Shown here in pieces: positions 1 through 9,698 of a DNA stretch of 64,000 nt. The notes under the pieces were generated by a model that worked only from the letters and a program-made list of their open reading frames with translations, was not told where the DNA came from and searched no databases. Within the stretch, counting starts at the first letter, position 1. Each line of letters opens with the position of its first letter. The stretch comes from an uncultured Actinomycetota bacterium. GTDB lineage: Bacteria > Actinomycetota > Humimicrobiia > Humimicrobiales > Humimicrobiaceae. Both the position numbers and the translations under genes were made by a program. The stretch is from the NCBI GenBank assembly GCA_964603595.1, contig CAZRVN010000004.1, positions 12,680-76,679 of the forward strand, in the 5' to 3' direction.

Positions 1-2
1 AA

Positions 3-254
3 TTATCCACTGATGTATATTTAAGCATCATGGCCCAATATCACCCTGCTTACAGGGCATTTAAATATCCGGAGTTAAGCAGAACAATTACGGCAAAAGA
101 ATATCTGGAAGTAGTAAGATATGCAGAAAAAAAGGGTTTTAGTTATGGGTGGACCCAGGATTACATAACCCTTAATGATAATGAAGATTTGTTCATACCT
201 GATTTTAAAGATAAGAAAGTCTTTAAATACTATAAGAATAATAAAGCTGAATAA
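3..254 (+). CDS. C-terminal fragment of a radical SAM protein (PflX-like), 5'-truncated by window
   Basis: Frame open from window start (LSTDVYLSIMAQYHPAYRA...ELSRTITAKEYLEVVRYA...GWTQ), resembling the C-terminus of PflX-like radical SAM proteins; the CxxxCxxC motif would lie outside the window. Confidence 0.5.
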   Translation, partial: LSTDVYLSIMAQYHPAYRAFKYPELSRTITAKEYLEVVRYAEKKGFSYGWTQDYITLNDNEDLFIPDFKDKKVFKYYKNNKAE

Positions 255-290
255 GCGGCAAACGGCAACTGGCGTGATTAATAGAAAAAT

Positions 291-2114
291 TTAATTCCTT
301 TTTTCTTTCCATTCCATTAATTCTTCCAGGGAGAACGTATTTAAAATATCCTTTTTCTCAAGTCCGGCCCTTCTCGCTATATCTACCCCCAATACAATCA
401 TATCCATGTTATTGGGACGGTGCGCATCTGTATTTATAACCAGTTTAACACCCATTTTCGCAGCTTTTCTTGCATTTTGTTCATTAAGGTCCATTCTTAA
501 AAAATATGAATTTATCTCCAGCGCTTTACCGTTTCTGGCTGCTGCTTCAATTAACCTGTCAATATCAACAGAATAAGGCGCCCTGCTTCCAAAAACAGCA
601 CCTGTGGGATGGCCTATAAAATCAATATATTTATTTTCAACCGCACTTACTACCCTATCGGTATTTTTAGTTTTTGAATTCAGATAAGAAGAGTGCATTG
701 AACCAATAGCTATTTCCATCTTCTTGATTATACTTTCAGGATAGTCAAGTTTGCCCGCTCCCTTTATATCTATCTCTGAACCCATTAAAATATGAAAATC
801 CTTATACCTGGATTTTAATTTGTTTATGTAGCCAATCTTTTCTAAAACCTTTTTATCATCAAGACCCCTGCCGTAATAATTGCTTACCGAGTGGTCTGTA
901 ATTGCCAGATATTCATAATTAAATTTTTTTATTATCCCAATCATATCATCAAGTTCCAGGGAACCATCGCTCCACCTAGAATGAACATGCAGGTCACCTT
1001 TTATATCATCCACAGTCAAAAGGGAAGGAAGCAAATTTTTCCCTGCCATTTCTATTTCATCCCGTCCCTCCCTTAATTCAGGAGGTATATACTCAAGACT
1101 AAGCATATTATATATTTTTTCTTCGGGACAGGAGCCGCCATCTGGCAATAAGCCCGCTTCCTGCCATTTATCTTCATCCGCATGATTGTTAACTTCAATC
1201 CTGCCATTTTTTATATATCCTTTTCTAAAAGCTATTTCCTCCAGTTTTTTTATATGTTTTTTGCTCCCTGTGGTATACAACATATCATAAGCCCAATTTT
1301 CCCTGCTGCTTATAATAAACTCCACTTCTATACCAAAAACAGTTTCGAACCTCGCGCTTGTACTCTCCTGCCTTATATCATTGCTCTTAAATCTTTTTAT
1401 AAAATTGAGTGCCTTTAATTCATCAAGCAGCTTCTCACTTTTTAATGAATCGTAAGCATTACTGTTAAAGCCGGGTAGTATAAGTATATCTATATCCTTA
1501 ACTACAGATTTTTTCCTTCTTAAGGAGCCGACTGTAACTGCTTTTTCTATACTTTTTATTTTAAAAAGGCAATTTTTTATTTCATCAATATAAAGTTCAA
1601 CTCTCCAGCGCGGATAAAGACCTTTTATACTTTCCATATAATCTATAGAGTCCTTTAGTCTATCATTATAAAAGGGATCGCTTTTACCAGAACCTGAAAC
1701 ATTTTCTGCAACAACATCTAAAACCTTGCTGTCCATACCACCCGCAAGTTTTTCTTTTAGTTCTTTAAGACCTTCTACATTTAAAGTTTCATAAACTTTA
1801 AACATTTTCCTTTTACCAAGGCCGCTTATTCTAACTAATCTTATTAAATCCTCGCTGTATCTTGATTTTAATTCTTCATAAAATCTGATACTTCCCCTTT
1901 CCATATATTCCATTACATACTCAAAGGCAAGCCCTTCCATGCCGTACAAATCTTTGATTTTTCTACTTCTGTAGATTTCTTCAATTCTTTTAGGTGTGTC
2001 TCTAAGCGTTCTTGCTGCCCCTATTAAATTTGAGACAGTTTTTATATCTGCACCGCCGGATTTTTTAACTTCTGCAATATCCGTGAGGATATCTGCCAGT
2101 TTCAGATTGATCAT
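291..2114 (-). CDS. Non-canonical PolX-PHP protein (degenerate polymerase site, intact PHP domain)
   Basis: GSLRRKKSVVKDIDIL palm motif; the third Asp position reads IEVEFII; YTTGSKKHIKKLE; PHP motifs DLHVHSRWSDG, ITDHS, EID, MHS, GHPTG, EINS, NTDAH. Confidence 0.9.
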   Translation of the reverse strand: MINLKLADILTDIAEVKKSGGADIKTVSNLIGAARTLRDTPKRIEEIYRSRKIKDLYGMEGLAFEYVMEYMERGSIRFYEELKSRYSEDLIRLVRISGLGKRKMFKVYETLNVEGLKELKEKLAGGMDSKVLDVVAENVSGSGKSDPFYNDRLKDSIDYMESIKGLYPRWRVELYIDEIKNCLFKIKSIEKAVTVGSLRRKKSVVKDIDILILPGFNSNAYDSLKSEKLLDELKALNFIKRFKSNDIRQESTSARFETVFGIEVEFIISSRENWAYDMLYTTGSKKHIKKLEEIAFRKGYIKNGRIEVNNHADEDKWQEAGLLPDGGSCPEEKIYNMLSLEYIPPELREGRDEIEMAGKNLLPSLLTVDDIKGDLHVHSRWSDGSLELDDMIGIIKKFNYEYLAITDHSVSNYYGRGLDDKKVLEKIGYINKLKSRYKDFHILMGSEIDIKGAGKLDYPESIIKKMEIAIGSMHSSYLNSKTKNTDRVVSAVENKYIDFIGHPTGAVFGSRAPYSVDIDRLIEAAARNGKALEINSYFLRMDLNEQNARKAAKMGVKLVINTDAHRPNNMDMIVLGVDIARRAGLEKKDILNTFSLEELMEWKEKRN

Positions 2115-2192
2115 TTTATAATATCCTATATGTTATAATACTAATATACTAAAATTTAAACCAAAGTATTATATCACGAATTACTCCATGTT

Positions 2193-2858
2193 ATGAAAGA
2201 AATAAATAATTCCAACATCAAAGACCATGATGAAAAATACCGGATACTCAGGGAGAATATGGTAGAAAATCAGATTGTTTCACGCGGTATTTTAAATAGC
2301 AGGGTCCTTGAAGTATTAAGAAAAGTTCCACGGCATATATTTGTAGATGAGGAATATATTGACTCAGCTTATGACGACAGGCCGCTTCCCATTGGTTCCG
2401 GGCAGACAATATCACAGCCGTATATAGTTGCACTTATGACAGAAAGCCTTGAACTCTCCGGAAATGAGAAAGTCCTGGAAATTGGCACCGGCTCGGGCTA
2501 CCAGGTAGCCATACTCGCCGGGCTGGCAAAAGAAGTCTATACCGTGGAAATAATCACTTCCTTATATAATAAAAATAAAAAGCTTCTTTCTGGATACAGC
2601 AATATAAAAATGAGCAACCATGACGGTTACCTTGGGTGGGAAGAATATTCCCCATACGACAGAATAATTGTCACCGCAGCACCTGACCACATTCCGCAAA
2701 CATTTATAGAACAGTTGAAGGACGGCGGGATTATGGTCATCCCCGTTGGCCCTTCAAGCTGGAGTCAGGTCCTATACAAGGTAATTAAAAGCAAAAATAG
2801 CATAAAAAAAATAAACCTGTGCGGCGTGGCTTTCGTGCCCCTGACCAGGATACAGTGA
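2193..2858 (+). CDS. pcm: Protein-L-isoaspartate O-methyltransferase
   Basis: VPRHIFV, AYDDRPLPIGSGQTISQPYIVA, VLEIGTGSGYQ, YDRIIVTAA, QLKDGGIMVIPVG. Confidence 0.95.
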   Translation: MKEINNSNIKDHDEKYRILRENMVENQIVSRGILNSRVLEVLRKVPRHIFVDEEYIDSAYDDRPLPIGSGQTISQPYIVALMTESLELSGNEKVLEIGTGSGYQVAILAGLAKEVYTVEIITSLYNKNKKLLSGYSNIKMSNHDGYLGWEEYSPYDRIIVTAAPDHIPQTFIEQLKDGGIMVIPVGPSSWSQVLYKVIKSKNSIKKINLCGVAFVPLTRIQ

Positions 2859-3009
2859 ATATAAAGGAATCCCCCGCGATTTTTTTCATTAATTCTTATT
2901 ATCTTTCTTAAATTTCTTAGTAATTTTGTTTATTTAGTAATAATTACTTAACTGCCGATTCTTATTATCACCTGTTAATAAAATAATTTATTCCATCTTC
3001 CGAACAGTC

Positions 3010-4500
3010 TTATTTAGTGTTATCAAAACTAAATTTTGCTTCCAGACCAATATGATCTGATACCGTATAGCTGATAAGAGAGCAGCTATTCCTGCTATCA
3101 GCCTGCATATAACAGCTTATCCCGGATAAAAACTGCTGGAAAAAGCAGGTACCGAAGTTGTATGGTATATCAGGATTTTCAGGTACCGGATTAATCGATT
3201 CCGGATCTATAACCGGATTACCGGAACCACCAAAGTAAAAAATATAATCAATTCTCTGAGGTCCGCCTGTTTCAACCGCAATTCGATTGCCCAGATCGCC
3301 ATAGGAATTCTCACTGCCGGTATTCCAATCCTTGCCTATCCATGTGAAACCCGGATCATCACCTTTTAAATCAAGCCATATATCTTCCAGGTAAATTTTA
3401 CCTTCCATATCAACTTCGGTAAAATTTTTAATCTCCCGACAAAACTCTCCATACTCCTGATGAGATACAGAAGTCAGATCAAAATTGCCGTTCTGCCCAT
3501 ATCCATCCGGAGGAGAAATTATTCCGGAAGAGTCCATCCAATCTTCATTTATATCAGCTGCAACGTTAAAGTCTCCCATAATTAAAATAGGATGGTAATT
3601 TTCTTCTTCCGGCTTAATAATCATTCCAATAAAATTTAGTAATTCTTTCAGGTTTTCCATGCGTGTCTCACTGTAATCATGAGACTGAAGATGGGTATTA
3701 AAAACATGTATATAATCCTCTTTTGACCGACCAATCTGAATCCTGGCGTATACCACACCTTTGTTGGCAAGAATATCTGTTCCGCTGCTTTCTGAAAAAC
3801 TAAACGCGCTGCATTCTGTTATAGGATATACTGATAATATCACCAGACCGCCGTCCTGCCTGATAGAAAGTCTTCCGCCTTCAGGACCCATTACATAATA
3901 AGGGCTACAAATAAGTCTTGCTTCCTTCCGGTTTGGCTTACAATCAATTACATGGACACCCAGCCAGCTGCCCTGCTCCGATAGTTCTGCAACATCCATG
4001 GCACTGGTAAGAGGTTGCAATATTTCTTTATCGGGATGTTCCATCGAGCCGTACCAGCTATTGAAATAATCATCTTCCCATTCGGCAGATGTTCCGCTAT
4101 TTATCCTGTCGTAAATTTTATTATGCCAGGCTGAAACAATTTGATTCTGACTGCTCCCGGCAAATACTTCCTGAAGTCCTATAATTCCATACCCTCCCAT
4201 TATTAAATCAATTATGCCATAGGTACGCTGGCGGTAAGCAGGTGCTACAAACGAAAATGGTATAAGCATTGTATTCTGGGTAAGAACTTTAACAGTTCCT
4301 TCCATACCTGAACCTGTAGATTGATATGCTTTAGAGTTATTTCCAGAATATTCTTTTTCCTGTTTTTCCGAAACTAATGATTTTATATCGTTCGTACATC
4401 CACCGGCAGTAGCAGCTAGTGAAGAAAAAATTATGATAACTATTACAGCAACAATATTTCCATATTTGAAAAACACCCTTTTTTTATATACCCATCTCAT
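3010..4500 (-). CDS. Endonuclease/exonuclease/phosphatase (EEP; sphingomyelinase/DNase I-like) family, probable lipoprotein
   Basis: TQN, GLQE, FNTHL, MGDFN, RIDYIF, SDH catalytic motifs; N-terminal hydrophobic segment ending AGGC. Confidence 0.8.
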   Translation of the reverse strand: MRWVYKKRVFFKYGNIVAVIVIIIFSSLAATAGGCTNDIKSLVSEKQEKEYSGNNSKAYQSTGSGMEGTVKVLTQNTMLIPFSFVAPAYRQRTYGIIDLIMGGYGIIGLQEVFAGSSQNQIVSAWHNKIYDRINSGTSAEWEDDYFNSWYGSMEHPDKEILQPLTSAMDVAELSEQGSWLGVHVIDCKPNRKEARLICSPYYVMGPEGGRLSIRQDGGLVILSVYPITECSAFSFSESSGTDILANKGVVYARIQIGRSKEDYIHVFNTHLQSHDYSETRMENLKELLNFIGMIIKPEEENYHPILIMGDFNVAADINEDWMDSSGIISPPDGYGQNGNFDLTSVSHQEYGEFCREIKNFTEVDMEGKIYLEDIWLDLKGDDPGFTWIGKDWNTGSENSYGDLGNRIAVETGGPQRIDYIFYFGGSGNPVIDPESINPVPENPDIPYNFGTCFFQQFLSGISCYMQADSRNSCSLISYTVSDHIGLEAKFSFDNTK

Positions 4501-4691
4501 TTAAAAAAATTTTTTAATTTTTTCAGATATAATATACGGATTTCTACTGCCATTTGCTATTCTAACCCAAGTTATTTTGGTATACAATACATACAAAAGG
4601 CGGTCAGTATATATTTTAAAATAAATATATACCCTATGGTCACTAATAGTAGTAATCATTTTAATAAATTTAAAAGTAACCACTATATATT

Positions 4692-5780
4692 ATGAGAACA
4701 GGAACGATGAACCTTCCCCTTCATGGAGGTAAAGCTCCTTTATGGTTATTTACCAGGATGAAAAAACTCTCCAGGGAAATAATTTCTATGATTGTTTCAG
4801 AATATGGCAGCCGCGAAATGCTCTGCCGGCTTTCAGACCCGCTGTGGTTCCAGGCCCTGGGGTGCGTGCTGGGTTTTGACTGGCACTCAAGCGGGGTAAC
4901 CACTACCGTCTGCGGAGCACTAAAAGAATCAATAAAAGGCCTTGAGAAAGACCTTGGTTTCTTTATAGCCGGCGGTAAAGGCGGAACTTCAAGAAAAACC
5001 CCTTCTGAAATTGAGAACGCTGCCAGCCTTATGGGAAAAGACTTTAATAATCTTATATACAGCAGCAAAATAGTAGCAAAAGTTGACAGTAACGCCCTGC
5101 AGGACGGTTACCAGCTTTATCACCATACCTTTATTTTCACCACTGACGGAAAGATGTGGTCAGTAATACAGCAGGGAATGAATGAAGAAAATAAAATGGC
5201 AAGAAGGTACCATTGGATATCGGAAGGCCTTAAAAGTTATATACTTGAGCCGCACAGGGCGATATGCTGCAATAAAAAAGGTAGGGCAATAAACCTTGTA
5301 GCCACCGAAAGCGAAAAGGCAAGAGAAACGGTTACCCTGCTCTCCTGCGAAAAACCAGTAAACATTATAAAAGATTTAAAAAAAGTAAGAAATTTTTTAG
5401 ATAATCACTATACCCTTCCTACCAGACATCATATAAGATTGCATGACATGGACTTAAAAAGGCTGGAAACAATCTTCACCTCCACTTACCAGAGGAAACC
5501 TGAAAATTTTGAGCGCCTCCTTGCCTTAAAGGGTGTTGGTCCCAAGACAATAAGAGCTCTGGCACTTATTTCAGAACTGGTATATGGAGTAAAATACAGC
5601 ATAAAGGACCCTGTAAGATTCAGTTTTGCACATGGGGGCAAGGACGGCATACCCTATCCGGTGGACAGGGAAAACTATAACCGTTCCATTGAGATTTTAC
5701 ATAAAGCAGTCAGGGATAGTAAAATTGGCAGAACAGAAAAAATAGGAGCAATAAAAAGACTTTCTTATTTCTATGGATAA
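4692..5780 (+). CDS. DUF763 family protein (C-terminal helix-hairpin-helix)
   Basis: RTGTMNLPLHGGKAPLWL, GFDWHSSGVTT, QQGMN, RRYHW, LKGVGPKTIRALAL, FSFAHGGKDGIPYPVD. Confidence 0.85.
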   Translation: MRTGTMNLPLHGGKAPLWLFTRMKKLSREIISMIVSEYGSREMLCRLSDPLWFQALGCVLGFDWHSSGVTTTVCGALKESIKGLEKDLGFFIAGGKGGTSRKTPSEIENAASLMGKDFNNLIYSSKIVAKVDSNALQDGYQLYHHTFIFTTDGKMWSVIQQGMNEENKMARRYHWISEGLKSYILEPHRAICCNKKGRAINLVATESEKARETVTLLSCEKPVNIIKDLKKVRNFLDNHYTLPTRHHIRLHDMDLKRLETIFTSTYQRKPENFERLLALKGVGPKTIRALALISELVYGVKYSIKDPVRFSFAHGGKDGIPYPVDRENYNRSIEILHKAVRDSKIGRTEKIGAIKRLSYFYG

Positions 5781-7512
5781 AGAAGAAATAATAAAAATCT
5801 TAAAAGATATAAGCGTATTCCTGGAACTAAAGGATGAAAACCCCTTTAAAATCAGGGCTTACCAGAATGCGGCCCGTGCACTGGAGTCATCTGATATTGA
5901 TTTAAATAAAAAATTAGAAATAAAAGACCTCACTGATATAAAAGGTATAGGGTCACATATCACGGAAAGAATAAAAGAATTAACCAGCGAAGGTAAACTC
6001 AAGCTCTATGAAGACCTTAAGAAATCTATTCCTTCCGGCCTTGTAGAAATGCTCTCGATCCCATCCATGGGCCCCAAAAAAATAAAATACCTTTATGATA
6101 ATCTTGGCATAAGCACCGTCGGAGAGCTTGAATATGCCTGCACTGAAAACCGCCTTCTAGATTTGCCTAATTTTGGTAAAAAGACACAGGATAATATCCT
6201 CAAAGGAATTGAGGTATTAAAAAAATACAAAGGTAAATATCTTTATGCAAAGATTATAAATGAAGCAGATGATATCCATAAAAAAATACAGGATTTCAAA
6301 TACACAAAAAGGTCCAGTCTCGCCGGAAGTGTCAGGAGGAAGAAGGAAATTGTTAAGGATATTGACATAGTAGCAAGCAGCGGACAGCCAGTTAAAGTAA
6401 TGGATTTTTTCACCGGCCTGGACGAGGCAGAAGATATAATTGCAAAGGGTGATACAAAATCCAGCATCAGGCTAAAGTCCGGTATTAACGTGGATATAAG
6501 GATTGTCGATGATAACCAATATCCCTACGCCCTTCTCCATTTTACCGGCAGCAAGGAACATAATACCGCCATGAGAACCACAGCTAAAAAAGATAACATA
6601 AAAATGAATGAATATGGACTTTACAAAAATGACCGGCTAATTAAATGTTCTGACGAGAAAGATATCTACGATTATTTTTCAATGGACTGGATACCTCCTG
6701 AACTCAGGGAGAATTACGGTGAAATTGAAGCCAGTAAAAACAAAAAACTTCCCCGGCTAATTGAAGGAAAAGATATAAAAGGTATATTCCATATACACAC
6801 CAACCATAGCGATGGCAACAACAGTTTAGAGCAGATATGTAACTATCTTAAGGAAAATGGCTTTCAGTATGCCGGTATAAGCGACCACAGTAAAACTGCC
6901 TCCTATGCAGGAGGAATAAAAGATAAAGAAATTGATAAATATTTAAAAGAAATAGATAAAATGAACAGGGAGCTTTCCGGATTCAAAACCTTTAAAGGTA
7001 TTGAATCCGATATCCTTCTGGATGGTAAACTTGATTATAAAGACAGTATTCTTGAAAAGTTTGATTTTATAATCGCTGCAGTTCATTCCAATTTTAATCT
7101 AAGTGAAGAGCAGATGACAAACAGGATTATAAAAGCCATTGAAAATAAATTTACTACCATTCTGGCCCATCCTACTGGAAGATTGCTTCTGGCAAGGGAC
7201 CCCTATAAGGTTGATATGACAAGAATAATAAACGCAGCTGCAGAGAGTAATGTAGATATTGAACTAAACTCAAGCCCTTACAGGATGGACCTTGACTGGA
7301 GGATGTGCAGGTACGCAAAGGAAAAAGGAATAAAGATCTTTATAAACCCGGACGCTCACAGCCTAAAGAATTTAGATGATTATAAATTCGGCGTAAATAT
7401 TGCAAGGAAGGGCTGGCTTGAAAAAAAAGATGTTCCCAATACCTTTTCTGTTGATAAAATAAGTAAATACCTGAAAGATAAAAAAACAACAAAACAGAAT
7501 AAAATAATTTGA
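5773..7512 (+). CDS. polX: DNA polymerase X with PHP 3'-5' exonuclease domain
   Basis: FKIRAYQNAA, KGIGSH, GSVRRKKEIVKDIDIV, NVDIRIV (third Asp), HFTGSKEHNTAMR; PHP HIHTNHSDG, SDHS, AHPTG, NPDAH. Confidence 0.95.
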   Translation: MDKEEIIKILKDISVFLELKDENPFKIRAYQNAARALESSDIDLNKKLEIKDLTDIKGIGSHITERIKELTSEGKLKLYEDLKKSIPSGLVEMLSIPSMGPKKIKYLYDNLGISTVGELEYACTENRLLDLPNFGKKTQDNILKGIEVLKKYKGKYLYAKIINEADDIHKKIQDFKYTKRSSLAGSVRRKKEIVKDIDIVASSGQPVKVMDFFTGLDEAEDIIAKGDTKSSIRLKSGINVDIRIVDDNQYPYALLHFTGSKEHNTAMRTTAKKDNIKMNEYGLYKNDRLIKCSDEKDIYDYFSMDWIPPELRENYGEIEASKNKKLPRLIEGKDIKGIFHIHTNHSDGNNSLEQICNYLKENGFQYAGISDHSKTASYAGGIKDKEIDKYLKEIDKMNRELSGFKTFKGIESDILLDGKLDYKDSILEKFDFIIAAVHSNFNLSEEQMTNRIIKAIENKFTTILAHPTGRLLLARDPYKVDMTRIINAAAESNVDIELNSSPYRMDLDWRMCRYAKEKGIKIFINPDAHSLKNLDDYKFGVNIARKGWLEKKDVPNTFSVDKISKYLKDKKTTKQNKII

Positions 7513-8213
7513 AAAATAATATGAATGCTAAAAGAAAAGCTAAAGGAGAAAATACTTCATATAAGGCTGCATATAAACCTGCATTAGAAAATATTGATAA
7601 GATAATTGATATCCTTAACCACGAATATCCAGAAACAGTTTCAACTTCACTCAAACACAAGAATGCATACCAGCTGCTTATCTCTACAATCCTTTCTGCA
7701 CAGAGCACTGATAAGCTGGTAAATAAAGTTACTCCGGAGCTTTTTAAAAAATACAAAACCCTTAAAGATTTTGCAATTGCAGATATAGCCCGGCTGCAGG
7801 AAGATATAAAATCCACCGGATTTTATAGAAACAAGGCAAAAAGTATAATTAGTTGTTCAAGGGATATAATGTATAAGTTTAACGGTGTAATGCCTGATAA
7901 TATTGAAGACTTAACCTCACTTCACGGTGTGGGAAGAAAGACCGCCAATGTCGTGCTTGCCAATGTATTCGGCAAACAGGCAATAATAGTGGATACCCAT
8001 GTCAGAAGAATTTCATACAGAATTGGGCTTACTATAAATAAAGACCCTGTTAAAATTGAGTTTGACCTTATGAAAATAATTCCAGAGAATAGCTGGAGTT
8101 ATTTTTCCCACAGAATAATTGCACTGGGACGAACAATATGCCTGGCAAAAAGCCCGAAATGTCCTGCATGCAAACTTTTAAAATACTGCAGGTATGGCCA
8201 GGAAAATACCTGA
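7509..8213 (+). CDS. nth: Endonuclease III (start may be ATG 7521)
   Basis: LISTILSAQSTD, GFYRNKAK, LHGVGRKTANVVL (HhH Lys), VDTHV, CLAKSPKCPACKLLKYC 4Fe-4S motif. Confidence 0.95.
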   Translation: MKNNMNAKRKAKGENTSYKAAYKPALENIDKIIDILNHEYPETVSTSLKHKNAYQLLISTILSAQSTDKLVNKVTPELFKKYKTLKDFAIADIARLQEDIKSTGFYRNKAKSIISCSRDIMYKFNGVMPDNIEDLTSLHGVGRKTANVVLANVFGKQAIIVDTHVRRISYRIGLTINKDPVKIEFDLMKIIPENSWSYFSHRIIALGRTICLAKSPKCPACKLLKYCRYGQENT

Positions 8214-8214
8214 T

Positions 8215-8634
8215 TTAAATATCCTTGCCCAGTGTAGATTTTGCCAGCTGGGCATGCTTTACGCCTTTTACTACTTTAAGTTTATTTTCAAGTCCAAACA
8301 ATTCAGAAATCATACCTTTTACTACAATTACCTCCAGGCAGGTTCTATGGTCAAGATGTATATGCTGGCTTGATATTATGACCTTATAGTGGTCGTGCTG
8401 GATATTTATTATATTATCAACCAGCTCTTTTTGATGATGGTCGTAAACAAGGATTATGGCACCGGCCACCATCTCATCCTCTTCGCTTACCCACTGGTTA
8501 TCAACCAGCTCCTTCCTTATTAAATCCCTTAAAGCTTCAGAGCGGTTCCTGTAACCCCCGCTTTTAACATAACTGTCAAATTTCTTTAGTAACTTTTTTT
8601 CTATAGATACCCCGAACCTTTTTAATGCACTCAT
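8215..8634 (-). CDS. nikR: Nickel-responsive transcriptional regulator
   Basis: RFGVSI ribbon, NRSEALRDLIR, YDHH, HIHLDHRTCLEVIVVKG. Confidence 0.93.
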   Translation of the reverse strand: MSALKRFGVSIEKKLLKKFDSYVKSGGYRNRSEALRDLIRKELVDNQWVSEEDEMVAGAIILVYDHHQKELVDNIINIQHDHYKVIISSQHIHLDHRTCLEVIVVKGMISELFGLENKLKVVKGVKHAQLAKSTLGKDI

Positions 8635-8693
8635 CTTCTTACCTCTATTATCTCAAAAATCATATAAATTTAATTGCCAAAAATTCATATCTT

Positions 8694-9452
8694 TTACCTG
8701 CGCATCAACGCATAAAGAAATGTATGTTTTTTTCTATTAAATGCTTCCTTACCATCAGGGCCTTTTAGGGAAATCCTTTTAAAACCAGAATTTTCAGCAA
8801 TTTTTAAAAACATATTTACTTTTAAAGTACACATGTGCAAAGAGTCCACAAAAAAATCTATAATTTCATCATTGCTAATTACAGTTACTATAAAATCAAA
8901 CCTGGTTTTAATTTTCCCATATTCAGAGTGCCTGATAAGAACGTAGCTCCTACCATCCTTTTTAAATGTCTTTGGGTTGTAGTACCTGTTTTTTTCCATA
9001 ATATCAGAATTAAAATTGAGTAGCCGGACTATTGCAAGACCACTTGCTGTTAGCTTATTTCTTATTTTCTTAAGAGCCAGTTTAACATTCTTACGCTTCC
9101 CCAGCATTGGGAGTGTATCCCCCAGACAGGTTACAAGGTCAAAAGGACCTTCGGATATCCTGTCCAATCCTTCAAGTTTTACTTTAAGCGTAGTGATGCC
9201 GGAAGCTTCTACTTTATCTGCTCCTGGATGCCTCGCCGGGCCCTTTAAAAGATTTACTGCGGTCACTTTTTCTGCATAACCGGTAAAAAATTTTATATGA
9301 TTCCCGGTCATATAACCTATATCAAGCACACTTTTAATATCATTTTTTTTAAATAAATCTTTAAAAAATTCAACCTTGGGCCCCGGTCCTCTACTCTCCT
9401 CTATCAATAAATTACAGAGCTCCCGGATTAAAATAGAATTATTTTTCTCCAT
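8694..9452 (-). CDS. Class I SAM-dependent methyltransferase-like protein
   Basis: VLDIGYMTG (variant motif I), FDLVTCLGDTLPML, LTASGLAIV; resembles glycine/sarcosine N-methyltransferase-like proteins. Confidence 0.65.
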   Translation of the reverse strand: MEKNNSILIRELCNLLIEESRGPGPKVEFFKDLFKKNDIKSVLDIGYMTGNHIKFFTGYAEKVTAVNLLKGPARHPGADKVEASGITTLKVKLEGLDRISEGPFDLVTCLGDTLPMLGKRKNVKLALKKIRNKLTASGLAIVRLLNFNSDIMEKNRYYNPKTFKKDGRSYVLIRHSEYGKIKTRFDFIVTVISNDEIIDFFVDSLHMCTLKVNMFLKIAENSGFKRISLKGPDGKEAFNRKKHTFLYALMRR

Positions 9453-9698
9453 TTCTAAAACCGCTTTATAAAGCTATTATTAAATTTTTCCTCTGGCTTT
9501 TTATAATATCATAACAGTTAAAATTAACCTATATTCCGCATCTATTTAGAAAATAAAAATATTTGAGCTGGACTGTAAATTAAAATACACTATCATATAT
9601 AATTATACATAAGAAATTATCATAAACTCTCTTACAGGTAAGAGAAACATATAAAATGAAATAATATAAGTGATTCAAGCTGTTAAAAAGCATTAAAA

